Assembly (NCBI GenBank): GCA_963737635.1
Contig: CAVTTL010000001.1
Location: 1,792,001 to 1,856,000 of the forward strand
DNA from: an uncultured Methanoregulaceae archaeon
GTDB lineage: Archaea > Halobacteriota > Methanomicrobia > Methanomicrobiales > Methanospirillaceae
Direction: 5' to 3'
Length of the DNA: 64,000 nucleotides
In this document: positions 27,568-39,359 of the stretch, in pieces
How the letters are laid out: the number at the start of each line of letters is the position of its first letter
Position numbering within the stretch: the first letter of the stretch is position 1
Notes under the pieces: generated by a model
The model's input: only the letters and a program-made list of their open reading frames with translations
What the model was told of the DNA's origin: nothing
Database searches by the model: none
Position numbers and translations under genes: made by a program

Positions 27568-29418
27568 TCAGGTCCGCCCGAATATCTCGTCCAGTTTTGC
27601 CCGGGTGAACCGGATCATGGTCGGCCGGCCGTGCGGACAGGTAAATGGTATGTGAGTCGCCCGAAGCTGGTTTACTATGCGCTGACATTGCTCATGTGTG
27701 CAGACCGTACCGGCCTTTATCGCACTCCGACAAGCAATAATCCGGGTAATCCGTTCCCGGTCGCCCATGGGCCGTTCCCGGTCATTACTCAGGAGATCGC
27801 TTACGAGATCGTCAATCTGCTCCGGCCCATCACACTTTCCCATGACGGCCGGGATGGCCCGGATCAAAAAAGAGTCACTCCCGAACTCTTCGATAACGAC
27901 ACCTTCCCGCCCGAGCGCAGGGATCAGCCCGCGAAGGATTGTCGCGTCTTTGGGAGGCCGGTGAATAACTGCAGGGATAAGCAATTCCTGTGCATGCCGG
28001 GCTGCTGTTGATCGGCTCACCTGCTCGTAGACGATTCGTTCGTGTGCGGCGTGCTGGTCGATGATGATTAACTCGCCATCGGGAGCAGCGGCGAGGATGT
28101 AGATGCCCCCGACCTGGCCAATCACCTCCATCGGCGGCACAACTGCAGTAACCTGCGGAATCCCTCGTGCAATTTCGGTTTGCCGGAGCCGGTGGTCGGT
28201 CGATACAGTACCTGCGTGGGTCGGTTCGGTAAACTGGGAGTATAGAGTCTCCGGTGAATCGTGTTTTCCGGACCCTGCGCTTCCGGCATCATAACATCCC
28301 GCCGGTTCTGCGATGCCTGGTGCTGCGGGGGGGGGTGCCGGTTGTGCACGTCCCTGCCCCGGGAAACCTGTGCGGGGAACCGCGATATCCGGGATGAGAT
28401 CGCTGTGGCGAAGGGTTTCGCGGACCGCATCCCGTACTGCGTCACCGATCTCCTTTTCCTTGGAGAGACGAACCTCTTTTTTTGTGGGATGGACATTGAT
28501 ATCCACGAAGCTGGTATCGATGGTAAGCGTGAGGAATGCCACCGGGAACCGGCCCCGGGGAAGGAGGGTGTCGTAACCATCCCGTATGGCGGCAGTCACC
28601 AGCGGTGCAGATACATACCGACCATTGATGGAGACAAAAATGCGGTCATGATCTTTGCGGGAAAGGGCCGGACGGGAAATATAGCCTGAGACACGCATAA
28701 AGGGCAGGTCAGCACAGACCGGGATCAGCTCACGCCCATAGTCACTTCCGAAGATCCGGATGATCGTATCAAGCCATTGTGTGGTTCTTTCAGTGACAAG
28801 TTGCTCACGGTTGTTATGGAAGAACCGGAACGATACCTGGGGGCAGGCAAGGCAGAGTCCTTCAAGGATCCCATGGATACGGGCGAGCTCAGTGTTAAGA
28901 CTTTTCTGGAATTTTTTTCGGGCTGGTGTGTTGAAAAAGAGCTCTTCTACAAGGACATTTGTCCCCTCAGGAGCCCCGGTATCCGTTTTCGTTTGTTTAA
29001 CGCCACCGATCATAACGATCCGGGTGCCAGAAGCCTTAGCGCTGCCCCGGTGCTTTGTCACGAGTGTTACTTTCGCGACAGCCGCAATGCTTGCAAGCGC
29101 TTCGCCACGGAAGCCCAAGGTGTGGATCGAAAACAGGTCATCGATATTCATGATCTTGCTTGTCGCATGTGGGACAAAGGCAAGTTCTGCATCCGACGCA
29201 GACATCCCGTACCCGTCATCAGCGACACGAATAGTCGCAATTCCCCCCTGCACCGATGTGATATCGATCCGGATCGTGCGGGCCCCGGCATCTATGGCGT
29301 TCTCTACAAGCTCCTTGACGACCGAGGCCGGGCGCTCGATAACCTCACCAGCTGCGATCTGGTTGACCGTAGCCGGATCAAGGATCCTGATAGTCGAGTC
29401 GCTTTCACTCAGCGTCAA
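27568..29418 (-). CDS. mutL: DNA mismatch repair endonuclease MutL
   Basis: NQIAAGEVIERPASVVKELVENAIDAG, GFRGEAL, DQHAAHERIVYE, ACR, CPHGRP. Confidence 0.96.
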   Translation of the reverse strand: MTLSESDSTIRILDPATVNQIAAGEVIERPASVVKELVENAIDAGARTIRIDITSVQGGIATIRVADDGYGMSASDAELAFVPHATSKIMNIDDLFSIHTLGFRGEALASIAAVAKVTLVTKHRGSAKASGTRIVMIGGVKQTKTDTGAPEGTNVLVEELFFNTPARKKFQKSLNTELARIHGILEGLCLACPQVSFRFFHNNREQLVTERTTQWLDTIIRIFGSDYGRELIPVCADLPFMRVSGYISRPALSRKDHDRIFVSINGRYVSAPLVTAAIRDGYDTLLPRGRFPVAFLTLTIDTSFVDINVHPTKKEVRLSKEKEIGDAVRDAVRETLRHSDLIPDIAVPRTGFPGQGRAQPAPPPAAPGIAEPAGCYDAGSAGSGKHDSPETLYSQFTEPTHAGTVSTDHRLRQTEIARGIPQVTAVVPPMEVIGQVGGIYILAAAPDGELIIIDQHAAHERIVYEQVSRSTAARHAQELLIPAVIHRPPKDATILRGLIPALGREGVVIEEFGSDSFLIRAIPAVMGKCDGPEQIDDLVSDLLSNDRERPMGDRERITRIIACRSAIKAGTVCTHEQCQRIVNQLRATHIPFTCPHGRPTMIRFTRAKLDEIFGRT

Positions 29419-32135
29419 CGACCAGCCTCCTTAAAATCCGTCCCGTCTGGTTTTCTGGTGAGATCCTTGAGTTCAGCCAGTTTTGCAAGTGCCTGCAAAG
29501 GAGTCATCGTATCAGGATCGAGTCGGGACAGTTCAACGATCGCCGGATCCGGCACCAGCAGCCTATCTTGTGCAGGCACGCTGTCATCGGCAAGAAGGAG
29601 CTGGGTGTAGCGCCGGGCCTTCGCCCCTCCGGAAGTATCGCGGCTGAGGGATTCAGCGAGAATAATATCAGCGCGGTCGGTCACTTTTTTAGGAATGCCG
29701 GCAAGACGGGCCACATGGATCCCGTAACTCTTGTCAGTAGCGCCCGGAATGAGTTTCCTTAAGAAAACGACTTCCTTTTTTGTTTCCTGCACTGCAAAGT
29801 GATAGTTTTTTACCCGCTTTAGTTCTCCATCCATACCGATTAGATCGTGGAAGTGTGTGGCAAAGAGGGTCTTAGGACCTGCGGACGATTTTCCGTGCAG
29901 ATATTCAAGAACTGCTTGTGCAATAGAGCACCCGTCCGCGGTACTGGTGCCCCGGCCGATTTCGTCGAGGACAATAAGACTTTTTTCCGTCATGTTGTTG
30001 AGGATGTTTGCCAGTTCGAGCATCTCGACAAAGAACGTGCTCTGGCCGCTTGCGAGGTCATCAAATGCGCCGACCCGGTGAAAATCCGGTCGATGATCCC
30101 GACGCGTGCAAAACGGGCCGGGACAAAACATCCTGCCTGTGCCATGATACAGCAGAGTGCGATCGAGCGCATATACGTTGACTTCCCTGCCATATTCGCG
30201 CCCGTGATAATCATGATCTGGGTTTTTGATCCGGAAAGATCCGTGTCGTTGGGGACAAAAGATCCGGGAAGACTTCTCTCAACAACCGGGTGTCGTACGT
30301 CCCTGCATACAACAGCGTCACCGCTATCCAGCTGGGGACGGACATAATCGAGATCCTGTGCAGCATCTGCCAGAGCCGTAGCAACATCGAGAGTGGCGAT
30401 CCCGGACGCGACCTGCTGGAGATCTGGAATCTTTTTACGGATCTCATCGATCAGCCCGGCGTACAGTGCGCGTTCGAGGGCGAGTACCCGCTCATCGGCG
30501 TCAGTGATCACTGCCTCTTTTTCCCTCAATTCAGGAATAGTGTACCGTTCCCCGGTTGCCGTCGTCTGCCTGCGCTCGTACCGGGCCGGGACAAGAGGGA
30601 CGTTAGTTTTGCTCACATCAATATAATAGCCGAAGACCCGGTTGTACCCGATCTTGAGCGATCGGATCCCGGTCTTCTCACGTTCCTGCTGCTGGAGGTC
30701 TGCGATCCAATTCTTCCCGGAGTGCAGGACACCGGTCATCCCGTCAAGTTCGGCAGAATAGCCGGGCCGTATAACCCCGCCGTTTTTGGGAGTGGCCGGT
30801 GGATCATCGATGATAGCTCTCTCGATAATATCGATGACCGTTGGAAATTCAATGAGCCGATCCCGTGCCACGGCTACCCGCTCCGGGACCGGATTGGACC
30901 CATCCGGTGCCGGGGACGGCGCTTGAAGCACATTCCTTATCGCCGGGATAGTTTCAAGGGATTCAACGAGCGCGATAAGGTCACGGGGGCCGGGCATTCC
31001 CGTAGGCGATTCTCGCCGTGATCCGTTCAATGTCGGCATGGCAGGAAAGGAGATCCCGGAGGGATATTCGCAGGGAGACCGATTTTGTGAAGTATTCGAT
31101 TGCATCAAGCCGTGCGCCGATACGGGCGATATCGGTGAGCGGCTGGGTTAGCCGCCTGCGCAAGAGTCTGCTTCCCATCGGCGTCTTTGTCCTATCGAGG
31201 GTGGAAAAAAGCGTCGCACCTTTATTACCGCCCCGAATACTTTCATATACTTCGAGGTTGCGCAGCGTGATCGCGTCAAGCATCATGCCTTGTGCAGATG
31301 TGCGCGTGGAAAGCCCGCTCACGTGCGGAAGGTTGGATCTCTGGGTCTCCTCTGCATAGGCTAACGCTGCCCCTGCTGCGCCGACTGCCGCCGGCATTGC
31401 ATCGCAGCCATATCCGGTGAGCGTTGCAGCCCCAAAGTGATCGCAGAGGGTACGTGCAGCCCGGTCCGGGAAGAAACGATCATCTGCATAGGGTGTCACC
31501 ACGACTTCTTCCCGCTGCAGGAGTTCCCGCAGATCATCGTCAACCGTTGAAGGGACGATGCACTCCGCGGGCCGGTACCGGGCGATCTCGGATCGTATAC
31601 TCCCCGCAATTCCTTCGGGGGGAAGTGCAGAGACAAAAAATTCGCCGGTCGAAATATCGAGAAGCGCCATGCCCCAATCGGCTCCTTTCGCCCCGGGGGA
31701 AAGTGCCATCAGGTAGGTAGCAGCTGAAGAAGGAAGCATCGCCGGATCGATCACGGTACCGGGGGTGATTACGCGGACGACCTCTCGTTTCACGAGCCCT
31801 TTTGCAGTTTTTGGATCCTCCGTCTGCTCACAGATTGCTACTTTGTAGCCTTTGGCAACGAGACGCGCGATATATCCCTCCCCCGCATGATGGGGAACAC
31901 CCGCAAGGGGGATGCGCTGGTCGCCGTTTTTGGACCGGGAAGTCAGCACGAGATCGAGTTCTTTTGAGACGATCTCAGCGTCACCTTCGAGTGTCTCGAA
32001 AAAGTCCCCGATATGGAAAAAGAGGATCGCGTCAGGATGCTGTGCCTTGATCTCACGGTACTGCCGCATGCCGGGGGTAAGATTTTTGTCGTCATTGGCC
32101 GCCGCGCCGGTACCGGAACCAGGCTCCGTTTTCAT
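29415..32135 (-). CDS. mutS: DNA mismatch repair protein MutS, apparent frameshifts at ~30992 and ~30077
   Basis: Three consecutive ORFs: TPGMRQY...GDFFE; ITGANMAGKSTYMR; DDLASGQSTFFVEM, DEIGRGTS, ATHFH, SYGIHVA. Confidence 0.95.
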
Positions 32136-32232
32136 CTATAGTACTGTTTTCCCGGCAGGAGATTAAACCGTGTGGATCAGGGAATAATGATACTGATTAG
32201 CTGTCCCTTTTCACGTTCGGCCGGTACTGGTT

Positions 32233-32973
32233 TCATAGAGTACGCCGGTACACAAGAAGGGCTGGCAGTGATACGAAAAGGGCAATCAATTCAAACGTAA
32301 GTCCTAAACCAAGTCCCGTGCCAAACAGGCCGAGGATCGTAAGAAAAACGCTGGTCATCGTGGAAAAATTAACGGTAATAATGCAAACGCTGGCACAGAT
32401 AAGGAGGATAATACCGATGATTGCATTTTTAAGGTCCTGGGAACTTGGGGAAAAAGAAAGGGCAAGGCTGGTGACAAGGTATAGGTAAAGAACGAACCAG
32501 CCATTAAACGAAGTGATGAGATTTTGGTACAATGTATGACTGACAATGGCTACCAGTGAGTACATTGACGCAGACGTATCAGGAACCGGGATAACTGATG
32601 GAAACGAACAGCCGGCATACATGCCAAAGAACCACGTAAGCGCGGCGAGCGTGAGCGGGAGAATAAAGAGCGGGGCGGTACTAATGATTACGTTCCCGAG
32701 GATAGGGATAGCGGGAGCAGTGTATGATACCATCCCGCCGTCCCTTGAAAGCAGTACGACTTTTTTGATTTTCGCGCCAGTCAAGAGACAACCGAAAATA
32801 TGAGCGCACTCATGGATGATTACTCCCGGCCCGCTCACGACAAGATAAAGCAAAGGATACCGGACCGCGTGTGCCCAGATATGATTGAGCAGAAGCGAAA
32901 GTCCCATAACCACAAGACCGGTAATGATGACGATGATAAACGATTCCATTGCCAGCGGCACAGATACGCTCAT
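32233..32973 (-). CDS. Membrane zinc metalloprotease-like protein (M50-like)
   Basis: PGVIIHECAH (HExxH), ISTAP and PSSQD motifs in a multi-TM protein. Confidence 0.72.
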   Translation of the reverse strand: MSVSVPLAMESFIIVIITGLVVMGLSLLLNHIWAHAVRYPLLYLVVSGPGVIIHECAHIFGCLLTGAKIKKVVLLSRDGGMVSYTAPAIPILGNVIISTAPLFILPLTLAALTWFFGMYAGCSFPSVIPVPDTSASMYSLVAIVSHTLYQNLITSFNGWFVLYLYLVTSLALSFSPSSQDLKNAIIGIILLICASVCIITVNFSTMTSVFLTILGLFGTGLGLGLTFELIALFVSLPALLVYRRTL

Positions 32974-33091
32974 TCAGGAGTATGTCCGGCGTTATCGTTA
33001 AAAAAGAGCACGCCGATCTCTCAGAAACCGTTACCCTTTTCTCATCCTCCTCTTCTGATAGGATAATATGAACCAAGAACGATGAACAGGT

Positions 33092-35266
33092 ATGCACCCC
33101 GGGGATGTACCGAACCATCATACGCCGTTCTTTGGCTCGGCAGAACGGTCACCCAACCGGCTGATCCATGAGAAGAGCCCCTACCTGCTCCAGCATGCGT
33201 ATAACCCTGTCAATTGGTACCCATGGGGAGACGAGGCGTTCGCCCGGGCGGCAGCGGAGAATAAGCCGGTCTTTCTCTCAATAGGTTATTCTACCTGCCA
33301 TTGGTGTCATGTGATGGCCCGGGAATCCTTTGAGAATGAGAATGTGGCTGCCATCCTTAACCGGGAGTTTGTCAGCATCAAGGTCGACCGGGAGGAGCGC
33401 CCAGATATCGATAGCGTGTACATGGGAGTTTGCCAGCAGATGACCGGCCGGGGCGGCTGGCCGCTCACTATAGTTATGACCGCGGAGAAAAAACCCTTCT
33501 TTGCAGGCACATACTTTCCACGCGAGAACACGGAGGGGATGGTGGGGCTTACAGAGATTCTGCTGCGTATTGCTGCACTCTGGTGTGGTCAGCGAGATGA
33601 GCTGATACCGGGCAGCAGAAGAAATCTCACGACAAACCCAACCAGTGTATGAGAGTCCTTCAAATAATCCGGGCCGCAGGATGCTTGATGCAGGGTTCCA
33701 GGAACTGTGTGATCACTTCGATAATGAGAATGGCGGCTTTGGCAGTGCCCCGAAATTTCCGGCCCCTCATGTAATGGTATTTTTATTCAGGTACTGGTAC
33801 CTGACCGGTGAAACCCGCGCGCGTACCATGGCCGAACAGACACTCGGTGCGATGTGCGGCGGTGGTATCTGGGATCAATTGGGCGCCGGCCTGCACCGGT
33901 ATGCAACTGACGCACAGTGGCGTGTCCCGCACTTCGAAAAGATGCTCACTGACCAGGCGCTGCTGGTGATTGCCTGTGCCGAAGCATACGAAGCAACCAG
34001 AGATGCCAGATACCGGATCACCGCGGAAGAGTGCATTACCTACGTGCTTCGGGATCTCCGTGATCCCGGAGGTGCGTTTTATGCTGCAGAGGATGCGGAC
34101 AGTCCGGGCGGAGAGGGGGCATATTACTCGTGGACAAAGGAAGAGATTATCCAGGTTCTCGGCCCGGAAGAGGCAGCACATGCCCTTAACCTGTTTAACC
34201 TTATGCCTATCCCCGATACCAGTGCAGTGTCCAGACACATGAACGGCGACACAACCCATCCACGCTGCGTTCTTTCTGCGGCCTGTCGGACCCGGTCCTT
34301 GCGCATACCCTTCATATAACGGAAAGGGAAGTGGCCGCTCTCCGTGATAATATACGGTGCCGGCTTTTATCTGCACGACAAGGGCGTCGCCGGCCAGCAC
34401 GCGATACCAAGATCCTTACCGATACAAACGCGCTCTTTTGTATCGCTCTTGCACGAGCCGGTCGGGTATTTGACAATCCCGAGTATATAAATGCCGCGTC
34501 CAGTACACTGCAGTTTATATCCCTGCATCTGCGTGATGACAAAGGGGGCCTTCTGCACCGTTATTATGGCGGAGAAAGCGGGATCCGAGCTTTCGCCGAC
34601 GATTACGTATACCTGGTTTCTGCGTGTATCGAGCTCTACCGGGCAACCTTCGAGATCGCGTACCTGAGAGAGGCTATCGAGTTCAATACCACATTTCTTC
34701 GGCATTTCCGGGATGCAAAAAACGGCGGGTTCTTTACAATTCCTGATACAGCCGTGGATCTTCCCGTCCGGAAAAAAGAACGGTACGATGGTTCCATCCC
34801 GTCTGCAAATGCCGTCGCATTCGAAAACCTCATGCAGCTGTATCGCCTCTCTGGTGATGCCGCACTCGAAGAAGAGGCACGGGCATGCGCACGGTTTATA
34901 GCTGGGACCGCTGCCCGATCTCCCTCAGCGGTGGCGGGGTTTCTTGCCGCGCTTGCATGTTCTTTTCAGGCCCAAACCGCCCAGGATCTTGTTATTGCCG
35001 GAGACCTTAGTGAGGCAGGAACCCGTGCATTCCTGGACGCGATCAGGTCCCGGTATTTCCCGGGCCTCATGGTCGTACTCCGTCCACCCGGCACAGCAGG
35101 CACTGAGGTGGATATAGTCGCTCCTGTTGCACGCTGCCATAATCCACCTGATAGAGAGCCCATGGCATATCTTTGCTCGTCATCAGCCTGCCTACCTCCG
35201 GTAAGTGATGCCCAGGAACTGCTCAGACTTCTCGATGGGGAAAGAGAGAAAGGCTCACGATCTTAA
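33092..35266 (+). CDS. Thioredoxin-domain/six-hairpin glycosidase-like protein (YyaL/DUF255/SPATA20 family), apparent frameshifts at ~33607 and ~34279
   Basis: [63 protein letters not shown] across three ORFs. Confidence 0.9.
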
Positions 35267-35378
35267 TCTGGCAAGAATACCTTTCGCAAAAGTCATTGTT
35301 TTTTGTTCTCTTTTGCGTTTTTGTTGTTTATTGCGTATAAAATTCAGGAATTCCAAAAAGAGAAGACACTAAAAACCG

Positions 35379-35855
35379 TTACAAATTTTTCAGGGCAACC
35401 AGGTCTCGCACGCCAACCAGTTTCCAGACGAGTGACCGCTCTTCTTCGGCAATCTTGGCAGGGGGATCCGCGGGAGAGTGCCCAAGAGCAGCGAGGATGT
35501 TACACGAGAGTTTGCGTTCCACGATCAAGTCGACAAATTTTTCCCGGATAATCTTTTTCTCAATAGAGTCACTAACTTCTTCGAGGTACCCCTGAAGTGT
35601 AACAAACGTATAGGACGAGAGATCCTTTGTGTACTTTTCAATCTCGACTGATACATGGGGGCTTTTCCTGAAATATTCCTGTTTCTTGCCGTACTTGGTG
35701 GAAAGGAAATACATGAACGATCCATCGAACACGTACAGGAACGGTGCTATATAGGGATATTTTTCACCCTGGAATGCGATCCGGCAGACATATCCTTTCT
35801 CAATCAACCGGTCATATTCTTGTTTCTCCATCCGGGGAATCCTAACGACATCCAT
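35379..35855 (-). CDS. Pyridoxamine 5'-phosphate oxidase-like flavin-binding protein (NimA-like)
   Basis: CRIAF...PYIAPFLY...YF..GKK...PHVSVEI split-barrel pattern. Confidence 0.82.
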   Translation of the reverse strand: MDVVRIPRMEKQEYDRLIEKGYVCRIAFQGEKYPYIAPFLYVFDGSFMYFLSTKYGKKQEYFRKSPHVSVEIEKYTKDLSSYTFVTLQGYLEEVSDSIEKKIIREKFVDLIVERKLSCNILAALGHSPADPPAKIAEEERSLVWKLVGVRDLVALKNL

Positions 35856-35926
35856 TCAATCGCACCAATCTGGATTCAGAGAGGAAGCTTAATAAATCTT
35901 CGTAAATCGGTCTGGTGCTCAGGCTC

Positions 35927-37255
35927 CTACAAAGGTATGTACGGGTACCTCAGAGGCAATGGTTCACCAGTCGGTATCACCTTTTCACGGATAGTCCGGC
36001 AAATTTCCTGCAGGCTTACCGGGTAATACCCGATAACTTCGGCACTCACGTTGATCCTTTTTCTGACTGGATCAATATACGGAAACGCGCGAAGATTGTT
36101 GTTATGATGATGGCCGTGGATGATCCAGCCGGAAAACCTGCCGGAAGCGTCAGCGGGGTCGTGGACCAGAAGAAATTCCTGTCCCTCAAAAGTCAGGTGA
36201 ACAGAAGGAATGGTTCCCGCAGAAATCGTATCATGGTTCCCAGCCACAAAGGTAATAGCTCCGTTCAAAAGCGCCCGGTACTCCGTTTCCGGGCGTGCAT
36301 TATTGCCGTACTTTAGGTCCCCCAGATAAAATACACGATCGCCCTGCGAAATGCAATAATTCCAATTTGCGACCAGCACCCGATCCATTTCGTCAGGATC
36401 GGAGGGGACAAACGGGCGCGAACAGTACTTGATTATATTGGCGTGGCCCAGATGGAGATCCGAGATAAGGAAGGTTTCCCCGGTATTATGGATAACCGGC
36501 CCGGAACATTCAAATCCTGCGTACCGCCGGTATTGTGCCATTGTTTTTTGCCAAGAAAAGGGATCTTTGATCTCCTCCGGAGTGAGCCATCGTTGGAAAA
36601 GCAGGTCATACTCGCCAAGAATATCGTCGTTACGCATTACGGTGATCCGGAGTCCCGCATCATCGAGCAGGACCGGTCGCACCAGAGGATCCCGATGTGG
36701 ACTGAAAATCGCCGACCCACCAGTCAATGCAGCAAGATAGGCGTGGAGCAATGAGAGAACCGATCCGGAGAGAGCGACAGAGGGAATATCGGTTTGTGTG
36801 GCGGCAAGACCTTCCATGATCTTGCTGGATTTATCCGTCAGGAGGCGATTTACGATAGTGGCGTGGAACCATTTCTTATCAGGCTGCAGATCCCATGCAT
36901 TCAGGCTGATGGTAAATCTGGAAAGAGCCTGGGCAAGCGTAGCGGTCAGCGTGGCGAGTTCCGGTGACGCGCGAACCGAGAATGCCACGACACCGCCGTG
37001 CGTCCCGTCGCGTCGTTCCCACCCTCCAAGAGTAAACAGAACTGGACCGGTACGCGCAGCACATGCGCGAATGGTATCCAGAAGATCCTGCTCTCGTGAA
37101 GGATCATCAAAAGTAAAAGGCCCATACAGGGTTATGTGAGGGTGTTCCTCCCGGTTATGTTCAACACCGAATTGTTGTGAAATGGCGCATATGGTCTCTT
37201 TGATCCGCCACCGGGTCCGGGCAAGGCGGATCTCGACGAGATAGGTATCTTCCAT
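35927..37255 (-). CDS. 2H phosphoesterase (2'-5' RNA ligase-like) fused to a calcineurin-like metallophosphoesterase
   Basis: PHITL and FHATI (two HxT motifs); then SDLHLGH, YLGD, GNHD and HGHHH. Confidence 0.85.
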   Translation of the reverse strand: MEDTYLVEIRLARTRWRIKETICAISQQFGVEHNREEHPHITLYGPFTFDDPSREQDLLDTIRACAARTGPVLFTLGGWERRDGTHGGVVAFSVRASPELATLTATLAQALSRFTISLNAWDLQPDKKWFHATIVNRLLTDKSSKIMEGLAATQTDIPSVALSGSVLSLLHAYLAALTGGSAIFSPHRDPLVRPVLLDDAGLRITVMRNDDILGEYDLLFQRWLTPEEIKDPFSWQKTMAQYRRYAGFECSGPVIHNTGETFLISDLHLGHANIIKYCSRPFVPSDPDEMDRVLVANWNYCISQGDRVFYLGDLKYGNNARPETEYRALLNGAITFVAGNHDTISAGTIPSVHLTFEGQEFLLVHDPADASGRFSGWIIHGHHHNNNLRAFPYIDPVRKRINVSAEVIGYYPVSLQEICRTIREKVIPTGEPLPLRYPYIPL

Positions 37256-37455
37256 GCAATGTTCGCCCGCAGGTATAGGTTTATTGGCGGCAGTGGGTTA
37301 AAATGCTGCCCCGGATTCGTGTGATTTCTTATCTCATGAGCTTCGAAGAGCTAAGGAAAATCCGCCACACGTTCATCAGGGACGTGCTTTTCCGCTACCG
37401 GCTAAACAGCGAAATGAAAGCCCGTTTAAAAAAGGGAAAATATCCGACAGAATCT

Positions 37456-38166
37456 TCAATATTTCTTCCTGACAGCGATAAACCAGACCGCGGCTACGAT
37501 GCCTGCAATTGCAGCCATCACGATTTCGATGTCATATGTTATGTAAAACGGTGTTTCCGCCGCGGCTTGCTTTTCGGCCTGCGCGATGTTTAATTCAAGA
37601 TAGGGGTAACCGGGATCCAGCTGCTCAACTTTCTGGAACGCGACAATTCCTTCAGTACATTTCCCTATGCCACAGAGCGCGTACCCCTTGTTAAACCACG
37701 CCTCAGCATTGTCCGGTTCGATACTGATAGCGTGGTCAAAGGCATCCAGTTGTTCGTTATAATAACCATCAGCCGTGGCTTTGTCGTTGAGCTGCTGGTA
37801 ATAAGAGCCGAAATTGTAGAGTATCTGCCCGCGGTTAATCCATGCGGCTGCAGAGGAGGCATTGAGTGCCAGTGACTGGTTGGATGCCTCAAGCGCCATA
37901 TTCAGCGTGGCAAGCGGGTCCTGGGTATATGGATGTGCACGGTTAAGGACATCGGCCAGACCGTTCCATGCTTCGGAAGAGTTTGGATCGAGCGCAATTG
38001 CCTGCTTGTAAGCATATAGGCCCGCGGAGTAATTTCCCGCGTTGGTCAAGTTCTGTCCTGCCGCGTACCACCCTGCCGCATCAGTCGGATCAGACAGCAC
38101 CGGCGAAACCGCAAAAATACCTAAAACTAACAGGATTAAGACAAAATATAGGGTTCCGGATCTCAT
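37456..38166 (-). CDS. Surface-anchored tetratricopeptide repeat protein
   Basis: Signal peptide, TPRs (AIALDPNSSEAWNG, AISIEPDNAEAWFNKG), C-terminal TM plus RKKY; start moved to ATG at 38166. Confidence 0.82.
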   Translation of the reverse strand: MRSGTLYFVLILLVLGIFAVSPVLSDPTDAAGWYAAGQNLTNAGNYSAGLYAYKQAIALDPNSSEAWNGLADVLNRAHPYTQDPLATLNMALEASNQSLALNASSAAAWINRGQILYNFGSYYQQLNDKATADGYYNEQLDAFDHAISIEPDNAEAWFNKGYALCGIGKCTEGIVAFQKVEQLDPGYPYLELNIAQAEKQAAAETPFYITYDIEIVMAAIAGIVAAVWFIAVRKKY

Positions 38167-38227
38167 ATCACGGAATATATGAGGTATGATTCCCTCATAA
38201 GAATTCCCCCCTAATCTGCAGACAACC

Positions 38228-39197
38228 TCACTTTTTAAGCACAAGGATATGACGTGTCAGACTCTTGTGCACTCTCTGGGTATGGTGCTGGAGGAGTGTC
38301 ATGTGTTGTTTGGCGATACCGGATATGTCCCGATGAGTAACGACGATTGCACGGCGATCTGACTTAAGGACGCGGTTGATTTCGCCAAGGGCGTCATGGT
38401 ACAGGCCTTCCATAGTGTCTGCTTTTTTGATGCAGACGGATTGGCCGTAAGGGAAATCTGTCACAACCGCATCTACCATACGATCCTTTACCGGAAGACA
38501 AGCGGTATCGGCGAGAAATAAGGAACTCTGTTGCACATTCTCTTTGCTTCCACGGATCATGAGGGAATCGAAATCGCTTCCGAGTGCGTTTATCCCGAGC
38601 GTTTCCGCTTCGATAAGAGTTCCGCCGGTCCCGCAGAACGGATCGAGCAGGGTTGAGCCAGCCCCACAGAGCGAGAGGTTGACCAGTGTCCGGGCCATAC
38701 GGGGCATCATGACCCCGGGATGGAAAAACTCACGCCGGCCCGGATTTCGGCTGTCGTATGCGCCGCGATCGATCCGGAACAGGACTTTCCCGAAATAACA
38801 CCGGTCTGTGGAAAGGATAGCCCGGTATTCTTCGGCCGGGTTGATAAGCCGGAACAGGACCGGTGATCATGGTGCCAATCAATCGTTCAAATTCTCGTTG
38901 AGAACAGGTATTTTTCTCCTGGCAGCTTTCGTGTATCAGCTTGGCCCGGCCGGCAAAAGGCTGGGAAGTCGTGATAGAAAGATCAGAAAGGAGATCCCGG
39001 AACGACCTGCTGTCCGGAGCACACTCACCTAGATACTCAAGCACGACATGGGTCATGGCAAGGCGCCGGGCCTCCTGGGGTTGTGGGCATTCGGCAACAG
39101 CGACCTGAGGGCGAGAGTCAATGACTGATGCGACACATTCAATTTCGGCGCAGGGAAGCGTCGGATTTTCACCCGAGAGCTCAAAAAGGAGCATCAT
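38228..39197 (-). CDS. trm11: tRNA (guanine-10 N2)-methyltransferase Trm11/TrmG10, apparent frameshift at ~38853
   Basis: LLFELSGENPTL N-terminus; FFHPGVMMPRMAR, LLDPFCGTGGTLIE, VTDFPYG. Confidence 0.85.
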
Positions 39198-39359
39198 CTT
39201 GGGAAATATGAGTCGGCTACCCACAAATACCTGTGCGAATTTCTTAAAAAAAAGCCGATTTTGACGCTGATATCGATAAAATCCGACGGAAAAACCGGTC
39301 ATGTCATCCCATCGCTGCATTTCCGGGGAGCGACAACAAAAAGACAACGAAAAAAGGAT

